NCBI GenBank assembly: GCA_951406725.2
Contig: OX597828.1
Location: 682,001-746,000, forward strand
Length of the DNA: 64,000 nucleotides
Source: Octopus vulgaris
Lineage: Eukaryota
Direction of reading: 5' to 3'
The notes below the pieces were generated by a model, which was given only the letters and a program-made list of their open reading frames with translations, ran no database searches and was not told where the DNA came from. The translations under genes were made by a program, and so were the position numbers. This document shows positions 1 through 12,372 of the stretch, one piece after another. Numbering within the stretch: the first letter of the stretch is position 1; every line of letters begins with the position of its first letter.

Positions 1-605
1 AATCCATGAAAAATCTCCTAACACAAACCCGAATTCACTCTTCAACACAGAAGCCAACAGTAAAAAAATGTGGAAGACCCAATTGCGGGATATGCAACTA
101 TCTAATTGAGGGATCAGAGTTCTCCTTCAAACAGGGACAACGGTTTACAGTGAAAAGCAACTTCACATGTGCTTCGGAGAACCTAATATACTCACTAACC
201 TGCTCCGGGTGTCAAGAGCAGTACATAGGCCAAACAAAAAATAGTTTGCGTAAACGAATGGCCCTGCACAGATCCCAGATAAAAATTCCCCAAAACAGAA
301 AAATAGCTTTTAGCCAACACATAGATACTTGCGCCAACAAAAAAACACCAAGCTTCAGGATTTTCCCCCTCTACCAATTTAGGGACGATACAACAGACAA
401 CGAATAAGTAAAGAAACTCTCTTCATTGCAAAATACAGGCCACGACAAACAATTAATATACCTCAACTTTAGAATAAAAAAAATATTCACAAATATTACA
501 TTCCAAAGAATCCATTACTAATCACAGCTATAATCCATAATATGCCAACTTCAAGTCATACAACACCTCACTACTTTAACCCATTCATATTCTCCCTTCT
601 CTGTT

Positions 606-790
606 TTTCTTCTTCTTCCTCTTCTTCTTCATCATCATCATTATCATCATCATCGTCGTCATAATCATCACCACCATCACCATCATCGCCATCTTCTCCT
701 TCTTCTTCTTCTTCATCATCATCATCATCATCAACATCGTCATCATCTTCTTCTTCTTCTTCTTCTTCTTCTTCTACTTCTCCACCTTCT
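606..790. repeat. (CTT)n/(CAT)n mixed trinucleotide tract
   Basis: Direct reading of the sequence. Confidence 0.9.
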
Positions 791-1132
791 ACCCCTTAAC
801 TTTGTCACTAATGTTTTTTAGTATAACACCTACGCAAATTCTATAAACAAGCCTTTCAATAGAAATATTCTCCTGAATTGAACTGCGACTGCCAGCCGCC
901 ACTGACCATTCAAAATACAACCATCAGGGCACTCCCAGATTCTCCCACCCCCTTTCCTCATCAGCCTTCTTCCTCTACTACCCTACCAAGAACTCACAAC
1001 GACCTCCAACACACAAGTGCAAACAAGGGAGTCAGAGAAAGGCAGAATGCCACTTAAATCTGAACACTACTATAGAAATATTCCTTTAAAAAAACTTTTC
1101 TTCTAATTTTTCTAAATTTAATTATTTAATCG

Positions 1133-1176
1133 TTACAGTTGAAAAGGTCTCAAAATGACCGAAACCGGTACTGAAA
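1133..1176 (+). ncRNA. Minimal type I hammerhead ribozyme motif (U3/A8 core variant)
   Basis: ttaCAG-TTGAAAA-GGTC-tcaaaat-GACC-GAAA-CCGG-TA-CTGaaa: stem I CAG/CTG, stem II GGTC/GACC, palindromic ACCGGT stem III; lies in a Penelope-like 3' end. Confidence 0.7.
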
Positions 1177-1222
1177 TGTTCACTATAAAATTATTTTCGC
1201 ATTTTCTATTTTTGACTTGTTT

Positions 1223-2332
<1,110 letters not shown>

Positions 2333-2334
2333 TA

Positions 2335-3505
2335 CTAGCTGAAGGTGACCCGCTCTACACGTGAGTAAGAGTGTGGTTGTTACTTTCTGTTGCTTCCTTT
2401 CAGCACGTAAAAAGCACCATCCGAATGTGGCCGATTGCAGCGCTGCCATGACTTGCTTCTGTGCCGGTGGCACGTAAAAAGCACCAACCGATCGTTGCCA
2501 CAGCGAGCCCCCCCCGGCACCTGTGCCAGCAGCACGAAAAAAGCACCTACTACACTCACAGAGTGGTTGGCGTTAGGAAGGTCATCCACCTGTAGAAACA
2601 CTGCCAGATCAGACTGGAGCAGCCTCCTGGCTTCCCAGACCCCGGTCACACTGTCCAACCCGTGCTAGCATGGAAAACGGACGTTAAACGATGATGATGA
2701 TGATGATGATTCTCCGTCTTCGTTTCTCTCTCCTTTCTCTCTCACTTTCCCACTCTCTTACTTTTCTTTTCTCTCGGACTCTCCCTCGCTTTCTCTTACT
2801 CTCTATCTTTATCTATCTCTCTCCCATTTATAAACAACAAAAGATCTTGAGTAAGTTGAGAAATAAAATATTTAGAAAGATCAATCATAAATATCAGGCA
2901 GTGGCAATGGAAAGGTCTGCTTCAAGGCAGACAGCAAAATGCTAACATTTAAAAGGGACAGACGAACTTAGGAGCTGAATAAAAATAATAAAATATTGGA
3001 AACCAAAGTTTGAAGAGATAGAATGTGAGGATAGTAGAGTCACCATGGCTGGCATTTCTTAACGACAGATAGCAACGTATTGACAGTTTAACGGCTGGCG
3101 TAAAATTTTGAACTTGATGTAAAAGAAAATTCATAAACACCAACTTTTGAAGTGATTCTTTCTCACGACAGTAGACTCACCATGGCAAGCATTCAAAACT
3201 TCTTTATCATGGACGGCAACACATTGACGATTAAAAGGCTGGCGCAAATTTTTTAGCTTGAAGTAACAGAGAATTCCTAAACACCCGCTCCTTGAAATTT
3301 TAATCCCCTTCCAGCGCCATTTAGACCCCTTTTCATATTTTGGTTAATATAACCCGATTTCATTCGGGTCTACTGGGGCCACATTTTATAAGATGAGGAA
3401 TTTTGTCCGAGAGGTGACGCCTTTCATTTGAGGAGAAAAATAGTTGTCATGCAAACTTGCCAGCACTTTTAACATAGGTGTGCATATTTTCAGCTGAATC
3501 GACCG

Positions 3506-3557
<52 letters not shown>

Positions 3558-4381
3558 CACGCATTATATATACAAATGTATACAAATGAGATATATATCT
3601 GTATAAATTAAATTAGAGATAAAACTACTAATAGGCAAATCAAACAGTGAAAAACCAAAAACAAAAACATAAAAAAAAAATATAATACAGAAAATATATA
3701 AAATATAAAATTGAAAAATTTAAATTATTTAAATTGAAAATAAAAATTATTAAATTATATTTATAATTTGTTTAAAAATATATATAACTATGAAAAAGTA
3801 TGAAAAAGTTTAATATACATAAATACAGATATATACACTTTGTATATATACATATTTATATATAGAACACACACACACACACATACATTATATATACATA
3901 TTTATATATAGAACATATACATTATATATACATATTTATATATAGAACACACACACACACACACACACATATATAAATGAACGCAAGAATATCTGATTCA
4001 TAATATTTGTTCTCATGCTCGTGTGTTGTTGGTGACAGACAGATACTTAAAAGAACGCCGCCGAAGTGATGGGAAGGTAGGAAACAGAGTCAGTGAAAAA
4101 GAGAGGAAATAGCGAGAGTGACAGATACTTTAAATAACAGTAGTGGACCTCTCAAAGTTATAAATGAAGGGGAGTAAGAGAGGGAAAGGAGGAAATAGCG
4201 TGAGTGAGGAAGATGGCCCCTAGCAACCACACCTTTTAAGATAGGGATTTCTAAGGTAGCCCACGAGCATCGTCACCTCATTCTACATGTCCCTGTAAAT
4301 TTTGGAGCAAATTGGACGGGACGTAGTGGCATTGAAAGCGATCCAAGCGGTAAAAACGCATTTCAGTTTTATATATAGAGA
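2335..4381 (-). mobile_element. Non-autonomous Helitron-type element with internal insertions and a ~140-bp internal duplication (about 3030-3290)
   Basis: Minus strand begins TCTCTATATATAAAACTG at 4381 and ends with an imperfect hairpin (ACTCACGTGTAGAGCGGGT) about 10 nt before CTAG|T at 2335. Confidence 0.55.
2400..2710 (+). mobile_element. Short RTE 3'-tail copy (truncated LINE or RTE-tail SINE)
   Basis: GTGCCGGTGGCACGTAAAAAGCACC units, then CCAACCCGTGCTAGCATGGAAAACGGACGTTAAACG(ATG)n; same tail as the LINE at 11640-11975. Confidence 0.85.
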
Positions 4382-4397
4382 TATATATATATATATA

Positions 4398-5306
4398 TCA
4401 TCATCATCATCATCATTGTTTAACGTCCATTCTCCATGCTAGCATGGGTTGGACGGTTCGTCCGGGGATCTGGGAAGCCAGAAGGCTGCACCAGGCTCCG
4501 GTCTTATCTGGCAATGTTTCTACAGCTGGATGCCCTTCCTAACGCCAACCACTCCGTGAGTGTAGTGGGTGCTTTTTACGTGCCACCTGCACTGGAGCCA
4601 GGTGAGGCTGGCATCGGCCACGGTCGGATTGGTGCATTTTACGTGCCACCTGCACAGAAGCCAGATGAGGCGGCACTGGCTTCGGCCACGATTCGGATGG
4701 TGCTTTTTACGTGCCACTGACACGGAAGCCAGACGAGGCGGCGCTGGCATCGGCCACGATTCGGATAGTGCTTTTTATGTATCTCCAGTCCAGGGGTCCT
4801 GGCATCTGCCAGGTGCCAGTCATAGGATTGGTTCAATTTCGATTCCGATTTCGATTTCACTTGCCCCAACAGGTCTTCGCAAGGCATAGGTGCCTGTCGT
4901 CGGATGAGGTTCGATATTGACTTCGCTTGCCTCAACAGGTCTTTGTGTGTCCAAGGGAGGAAAGGCATGCATAAGTGGGCTGGACTCACTTGTCCTGCCT
5001 GGTCTTTTCACGCACAGCATATTTCCAAAGGTCTCGGTCGCAGGTCATTTCCTCAGTGAGACCTAAAGTTCGAAGGTCGTGCTTCACCACCTCAGCCCAA
5101 GTTTTCCTGGGTCTACCTCTTCCACGGGTTCCCTCCACTGCTAGGGATTGGCACTTTTTCACACACCTATCTTCATCCATTCTCGCCACATGACCATACC
5201 AGCGCAATCGTCTCTCTTGCACACCACAACTGATGCTCCTTAAGTTCAACATTTCTCTCAGGGTACTAACGCTCTGTCGAGCGTTAGTACCCTGAGAGAA
5301 ATGTTG
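4398..5306 (-). mobile_element. 5'-truncated RTE LINE copy with 5' fold-back
   Basis: ORF 4986-5252 (ERRLRWYGHVARM...RGRPRKTW) is near-identical to 11208-11519; same 3' UTR and (GAT)n tail; flanked by (TA)n on both sides. Confidence 0.9.
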
Positions 5307-5332
5307 TATATATATATATATATATATATATA

Positions 5333-7125
5333 ACGGGAAGGTTTACAAAAATAAACAAAAGACGAAGGCAGGTGGAGTACAAACAAATAATGTATTAGTA
5401 TGGCGCTCAGGAATAGAAATAAAACAAGTCTTTTACGTTTCGAGCCTACGCTCTTAGACAGAAAGATACACAGAAAAGAAACAAGAAGAGAAAAAAATTG
5501 CGTGTAGGGGCTAACGATCCAACATGGTGTTCTGATTTCAGAAGTCAGAGATCGGAGGTCAAACGTTAGAGGTCAGACGTTAGACGCTAGAGGGATAGTA
5601 GGGGCGATAACAGGGTCTAGTGACCTTGCTCCAACCTGAAGGTGCATGTGTACATAAGAGAGTATGTATGTGCATGTGGAAGAGGGCTGGTGGTTTGGAT
5701 GTGTGTATGTATGTATGATGTGATGTGTAATGTCGTATGGTGTAGTGTAGTGTGGTGTGGGGGAGAGTGAGAGGGGGAGAGAAGAGAGATGAGGGGAGGG
5801 GGATATGAGAGGGAGATGAGGGGGAGATGGAGAGGAGGAGAAGAGAAGGAGGAGGGGGAGAAAGAAGGAGAGGAGAAGGAAGGGGAAGGAGAGGGGAAGG
5901 AGAGGAGGAGGAGGGGAGAGGGAGAGGAGGAAGAGAAGGGGAGTGAAAGAGCAGAGAGAAAGAGAGAGGAGGAAGAGGGAAGAAGAAAGAAGAGGGAAGA
6001 CGGGAAAGGGGGGAAGAGGAGGGAAAGAGAGTAGGGGTGAAAAGATGAAGGACTGAAGAGAAGTAGGAGTCGGGGGGTGGGTTAGATGAAAAGGGGGGAG
6101 AGTTGAGATCAAATGGCGTAAAAGAGCGAAGAGAGAAGATTAATCCCTGTTCACGGCGCAAACGGGAATCCGGATGGCATCTGTGCAAGGACAATCCGAA
6201 CACAGACAGGTGTTCCAAGGAGTGACCGGTGGAGCAGAAATGACATGAGACCAGTGTATCATTGGCAGGGCGGATGTCTCAGAGGTGTTCCGCGAACCGG
6301 TCAGCCAAGCAGTGTCCCGTTTGTCCAATATACAGGGAATGGCAGAGAGAGCAGGAGATGCAATAGATGATATTGCTGGAGGTGCAGGTGAAGGAGTCTA
6401 GGATGCGATAGGGTCGGTGATGGGTGCCAGTGAGGAGGGTGGTGTTGGAGAGGTAAGGGTAAGTGCGGCAACGTGGGCGGGAACAGGGGAACAAGCCAGG
6501 TTGGGAGGTAGGGTCAGGGAAGAAGCTGTGGACCAAGAGGTCTCGTAGGTTATGGGCTCGTTTGAAAGAGGTGTGAAGTGGACGGGTCAGACTGGAGATG
6601 CCAGAAAGCTTGAAGAATGGTGTGTTGGAGAGGTAGGCTGGTGGGGTGGTAAGTGAGGGGAAAGGGAGGCGGGAGACTGCAGAGCGGGTTCGGGAAGAGA
6701 GAGCAGATGCACGGTCTACGGAACGTGTTCTGGCAAGGGCAGTGTGGATAGCGGTGAGGGGATATCCACGTAGGATGAAGTGGCGAGCCATGATTTGAGA
6801 CTGAGTCTCAAAGTCATGGTCGTCACTACAGAGCCTACGTAGACGGAGGAATTGGGAATAGGGGATGGAAAGCTTAGTGTGTTTGGGGTGGGAGGAAGAG
6901 AAGTTTAGGTATGAGTGTGAGTCTGTGTTTGTAGTGAATGGAGGTGGTAAGAGTGGAGTGATGAATGCTGACCGAAATGTCGAGGAAGGAGACAGAGGTG
7001 TAGGAGATAGTGGAGGTGATGTGGAGGGCAGGATGGAAGGATTGAACGAAAGAGAGGAAGAAATCTAGATGTTCACGGGAGAGTGAGGTGGCACCAATAA
7101 TGTCGTCAATGTAACGGGAGTGGGA
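5333..7125 (-). mobile_element. Penelope-like element, decayed (RT C-terminal half, GIY-YIG, pseudo-LTR)
   Basis: Minus strand reads RYIDDIIG (~7095-7115), TDSHSYLNFSSSHPKHTKLSIPYSQFLRLRRLCS, and CSRPRC..NIIYCISC..YIGQTG..LADRFAEH; hammerhead-like motif at 5429-5466. Confidence 0.9.
5429..5466 (-). ncRNA. Degenerate hammerhead-like motif in Penelope pseudo-LTR
   Basis: TCTTT-CTGTCTAA-GAGC-gtag-GCTC-GAAA-CG-TA-AAAGA; core deviates from CTGANGA. Confidence 0.5.
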
Positions 7126-7164
7126 CCAGTGAAATTAGAGAATATTTGGGCACTCATCATTTAA

Positions 7165-7381
7165 CATCAAGATGTAGCGGGGACGACAAATGCAGACACA
7201 AAGACTATATACATATATACACATACACGACGGGCTTCTTTCAGTTTCCCCCTACCAAATCCACTCACAAAGCTTTGGTTGGCCCGAAGCTGTAGTGGAA
7301 GATACTTTCCTAAAGTGCCATGCAGTGGGACTGAACATGGAACCATGGGGCTGAGAAGCAAACTTCTAACCTCACAGCCAT
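7165..7381 (-). mobile_element. tRNA-derived SINE (5' part)
   Basis: Reverse complement begins TGGCTGTGAGGTTAGAAGTTTGCTT...GTTCAGTCCCACTGC; same family as 31773-32115. Confidence 0.8.
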
Positions 7382-7419
7382 ATAAATGTAGGAGTAATTA
7401 TAATAAATACAAGTTTATA

Positions 7420-7789
7420 TCATTTGCTCCCCACACATGTGTCACTGGTGTAGTTCTCTGCAACCTCTGCATTGAATGCTTGAAGTGCAGCAGGATGCTG
7501 AACCACAATAGGTCAATGAGGGAACAATTTACAACATTATGTTACAGAAATTAATGAAATAAAGTGTTCCCCTGAAGACCCATTGAGATTAAGCATTCAA
7601 AACATCCTACACAGAGGTTCCAAACAATTTCAATGGCAAAATGTACTGGAACAAATGATATAAAATTTGTGTATCATAAGTTCTCCTACATTTACTCTGT
7701 ATATCATAACGAATAATTCTTCTTGGTATACTAATAAACCATACCTCAATACTGATAGCAGACTGGAGGATGATAATCTATGTGGAGCT
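7420..7789 (-). CDS. Two candidate short host exons (7777 or 7789 to 7745; 7497 to about 7420)
   Basis: Non-repetitive sequence; AG acceptors and a GAG|gtatgg donor; joined frame IIILQSAISIE|HPAALQAFNAEVAENYTSDTC; no recognisable domain. Confidence 0.25.
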
Positions 7790-8199
7790 CTAAACACAAC
7801 AGTAGCAATCATACATTTATTTGTACACACAATATATACTATATACATTATATATATAAAACAATGATGATGCTAATCTTGGGAATATATCATCATTGTT
7901 TTATCAGCCTCGCTTTCCTCTACCTTCTATCTTTGCACGTATCATCATTATTCTTTCATTATTCTTCGATTAGTCTCTCATTATATTGTTCCTTCAGTAC
8001 TCTCTCATTATATTATTCTTTCTTTCTTTCTTTCAGTATTCTCTCAGTAATCTCTCATTACTCTGTCTAGCTCAAATATGTTTTTCGTTTAGTCTTGTCT
8101 CCCGGTTCATAGCCACTTATCTTTCCCCTAAAAATCTCATTTTCTCAGATTTTTCAAACCTACTTTCTTGCTCACACGATTAACAGAACCTCTTCCTAG

Positions 8200-11100
8200 T
8201 TTATGGTGCACCCGCCCTCCCACCCCTCCACACATGCCAGAAGTTCCTATTCTTTGCCATCCCGGGGTTGCTTCCCAGGAAGACTGCAAATGCTCTTTCA
8301 CCATCCCTACCCCTAGTCTCGACCTATGTAAGGTAATGTTCATACAGTGCAAAATATGAAAGGCTAGTGTTATGCAGGTTGTACTGAAGGCTACTGTAAT
8401 ACTTGCACATGAATTCTGCCAAATGCGAGCTTTCTTTTCAGGTACATGAAGCTACTGTCCACCGTCCCAGGGTCTCTAGGGCCCATACCTCCCACACCGT
8501 CAGGGTTGGCACCCTCAACGTTGGCACACTGAAAGGTAGGTCTGGCGAGATAGTCGAGATGCTTGCACGGAGATGTGTAGATATATGTTGCATGCAAGAA
8601 GTAAGGTGGAGAGGAGGATCTGCTAGGTTCCTCACAGGCAAGGAACGCAGGTACAAGATTTTCTGGGCAGGGAACACTGACGGGGTTGGTGGCGTGGGCA
8701 TACTTATCGCCGAGAAATGGGTAGATAAAGTAATTGAGGTAATCAGAGTATGTGACAGAATACTTAAGATTAGATTAGTGCTTCATCATAGTTTAGCCTA
8801 TGCTCCTCAGCATATCAGCCTATGCTCCTCAGTCGGGGCTACCCGATGGACAGAAAGACCGATTCTATGACACTCTACTGCAGACTACCTCGTTGACGAA
8901 TGACAGAGACCTTCTCTTTGTGGCTGGTGACTTCAATGGTCACATTGGACGACATGCTGGGGGCTTCCATGGCGTACACGGAGGCTATGGCTATGGTTCC
9001 CACAACGAGGAGGGAACCAGGCTGCTGGAGTTCTGCGATGCAAATAATCTTATGATTTGCAAAACTAACTTCAGAAAACCTACCAGCCACCTAGTCACCT
9101 ACCGATCGAGCCAACATACCAGCCAAATTGACTACATCCTTGCCAGGCAAAGGGAGAGATGGCTGCTTATAAATGCCAAAACCTTCCCAGGCGAAGAATG
9201 TACCCCACAACATAGACTGGTAGTTAGTGACTTTAGGATCAGGACTAGGAGGACAACCAGAAGACAACCAACATGAAGAAGAAGGATCTGGAAGCTTAAA
9301 GATCCTGCGAATGGACAGAGATTTAGGGACATGCTATTTGAAGCCTTTGACGAAGTAGAAGGGGATAGAGTATCACATGGGGTAGAAGGCAACTGGACGT
9401 TTCTAAGGGACAACCTGCTGAGAGCCACTGACCAGATCTGTGGCTGGTGCAAAGTCCCCTCTCGTCCCAAGGTAACGTGGTGGTGGAACAGTGTTGTAGA
9501 CAGGGCTATTAGAGAAAAGAGACAGACTTGAAAGCATTGAAAGAATGGTGGTAGCAGGGAATTGTATCAGACTGCCAAAAGGGAAGCTAGGAGACAGGTC
9601 TATCTAGCCAGAGGGGAAGCAGATAAGAAAAAATTTGCCAATGTTCTGCGCCGTGATGACCAAAGACTGGAGGTGTTTCGCGTTGCAAGACAGTGTATGA
9701 GAGAGAATTGTGATGTGGTAGGAGAGAAGTGTGTTCACATGGAAGATGATTTACTTGCACTAAATGAGGATGCAAAGAGAGAGGTTTGGAGACGCCACTA
9801 TGAAAGGTTGCTGAATAAAGAAAATGAATGGGATAAAGAGAGTCTGCCGAATGTTGACCCAACAGAAGGACCAGCTATCCGAGTTGACAGTTCCTTGGTA
9901 GTTAAGGCAATTTGAAGCATGAAGACAGGGAAAGCACCAGGCCCATCAGGAATCACTGCAGAGATGCTCAAAAAATCTGGTAGTGTCGGCTGTAGCCTAG
10001 TCACCTGTATAGTTAATCAGGTGATACACGAAGGAGTCATACCCAATGACTGGTGTAGCAGCATAATAGTCAACTGCTACAAAGGTAAGGGTGACGCCCT
10101 AGATACAAATAATTACAGAGGTATCAAGCTGTTGGATCAGGTGATGAAGGTTACGGAGAGGATCATAGCCCAACTAATTAGAGAGAGTTAGTTTAGATGA
10201 GATGCAGTTTGGGTTCGTGCCAGGGAAAAGTACCACTGATGCTATATTCCTGGTAAGGCAGCTGCAGGAGAAATACCTAGCCGAAGATAAGCCCCTGTAC
10301 CTAGCTTTTGTTGACATGGAGAAAGCCTTCGACAGGGTCCCCCGATCCCTTATCTGGTGGTCAATGAGGAAACTAGGGATAGATGAATGGTTAGTGAGAG
10401 CTGTGCGAGCCATGTACAGGGACGCTGCTAGTAAGGTGAGGGTTGGCAACGAGTACAGTGAAGAATTCCGGGTAGAGGTAGGGGTCCACCAAGGCTCAGT
10501 CCTCAGCCCCCTCCTATTTATCATAGTCCTCCAGGCAATAACGGAGGAATTCAAGACAGGATGCCCTTGGGAGCTCCTCTATGCTGATGACCTTGCTGAG
10601 TCACTATCAGAACTGGAGGAGAAGTTTCAGGTGTGGAAGCAAGGATTAGAATCGAAGAGCCTTAGAGTCAGTCTAGCTAAAACCAAAGTCCTAATAAGTA
10701 GGAAGGTAGACAAATCACAAACGCCTTCAGGTAGATGGCCCTGCTCGATCTGTAGAAAAGGTGTAGGTAGAAACTCTATAAGATGCACCAAGTGTAAGCT
10801 ATGGACACATAAGAGGTGCAGCAATGTCAAAGGAAGGCTAACTAGGAAGATGGTTTTTGTATGTGGCAGATGCTCAGGAACAATAAACATTGAAAATGCT
10901 CTGAGACCAACTTCTGTCACTTTCCAGGGAGAAAAACTAGAAATAGTTGATAGCTTCTGTTACCTAGGTGACCAAGTCAGCAGCGGGGGTGGGTGTGCTG
11001 AAAGTGTAACTGCTAGAGTAAGAATAGCTTGGGCAAAGTTCAGAGAGCTCTTACCTCTGCTGGTGACAAAAGGCCTCTCGCTCAGAGTAAAAGGCAGACT

Positions 11101-11972
11101 GTATGACGCGTGTGTACGAACAGCCATGCTACATGGCAGTGAAACATGGGCCGTGACTGCTGAGGATATGCGTAAGCTCGCAAGAAATGAAGCCAGTATG
11201 CTGATGGATGTGTAATGTCAGTATTCATACTCGACAGAGTGTAAGTACCTTGAGAGAAAAGCTGGACCTAAGAAGCATCAGATGTGGTGTGCAAGAGAGA
11301 CGTTTGCGCTGGTATGGGCATGTGGCGAGAATGGATGAAGATAGTTGCGTGAAAAAGTGCCACACCCTAGCGGTTGAGGGAACCTGTGGAAGAGGCAGAC
11401 CCAGGAAAACCTGGGATGAGGTGGTGAAGCACGACCTTCGAACTTTAGGTCTCACTGAGGAAATGACTAGAGACCTCTGGAGGTATGCTGTGCGTGAGAA
11501 GACCCGGCAGGACAAGTGAGACCATAACCCGTGGCCTTCTACATGGGATGTAGCCAGCCCACTTATGCATACCTTCCCTTCTTGGGACACAAAACTCTAC
11601 TTGTGAAGACCTGTTGAGGCAAGTGAGAATCAGAATCGAAATCGATCAATGGAAATTGCAGCTGAGTTACCAGTGCCGGTGGCACATAAAAAGCACCATC
11701 CATTCGTGGCCATTGCCAGCCTCGCCTGGCCCCCATGCCGGTGGCACATAAAAAGCACCATCCGATCGTGGCTGTTTGCCAGACTCGTCTGGCACCTGTG
11801 CCGGTGGCACGTAAAAAGCACCCACTACACTCATGGAGTGGTTGGCATCCAGCCGTAGAAACATTGCCAGATCAAACTGGGCCTGGTGCAGCCTTCTGGC
11901 TTCCCAGACCCCAGTTGAACCGTCCAACCCATGCTAGCACGGAAAGCGGACACTAAACGATGATGATGATGA

Positions 11973-11975
<3 letters not shown>
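8200..11975 (+). mobile_element. Near full-length RTE-clade LINE with several stops/frameshifts (APE endonuclease, RT with internal PHD finger, 3' UTR array, (GAT)n tail)
   Basis: Endonuclease motifs GTLNVGTL, QEVRW, YAPQ, GDFNGH, QIDY; RT motifs KAPGPSG, YRGIKLL, FVDMEKAFD, GVHQGSVLSP, YADD; C-terminus RLRWYGHV..GRPRKTW. 5' boundary approximate. Confidence 0.95.
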
Positions 11976-12007
<32 letters not shown>

Positions 12008-12013
12008 TATATA

Positions 12014-12219
12014 CAGGGTGTCCCAGAGGTCGAGCACCATTCTGGTTCTCATTTAAAATAAAGCATTTTATTTTATTATATTTTTTCGGCATGTTTTATT
12101 GTAGAGGGTGCTCAATTTGAGCTTTTGTTATGATTAATTTCAATAACGTGTTTTTGAAATCTGTAAGGGTGTATTCTTTTACAAAAACCAGGGTGGTGCA
12201 CAACTTCTGGGACACCCTG
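12014..12219. mobile_element. Tc1/mariner-type MITE
   Basis: TIRs CAGGGTGTCCCAGA / TCTGGGACACCCTG, TA on both flanks. Confidence 0.85.
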
Positions 12220-12372
12220 TATATATATATGTTCATATATATATATATATATTCACACACATATATATATATTATATTATATTTTGTGAAATTTGATTTA
12301 GTATTTTTAAACTGAATTTTTCCCTGTAAGTTTGGAATAATATTCCCTCATATTATTATTATTATATATATA

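Larger units (their letters stand above)
1..1226 (+). mobile_element. 3' part of a Penelope-like element (GIY-YIG endonuclease ORF 6-407, then 3' region/pseudo-LTR)
   Basis: ORF 6-407 has CxxxxCxxC, NLIYSLTC and YIGQT..LRKRMALH (Penelope-type GIY-YIG). Hammerhead motif at 1133-1176. Ends at a (TA)n tract. Confidence 0.85.

Noticed and set aside
4568-4790. 25-nt repeat with ~38-nt spacers resembling a CRISPR array
   Set aside because: Spacers are homologous to each other, the array is part of an RTE 3' UTR, there are no cas genes and the context is eukaryotic; reported instead as an RNA-structure array
5573-6218. Pro/Leu/Ser-rich ORFs (also 12538-13108)
   Set aside because: Translations of polypurine/polypyrimidine tracts; only the short GIY-YIG tail at the start of 5580-6218 is element coding sequence
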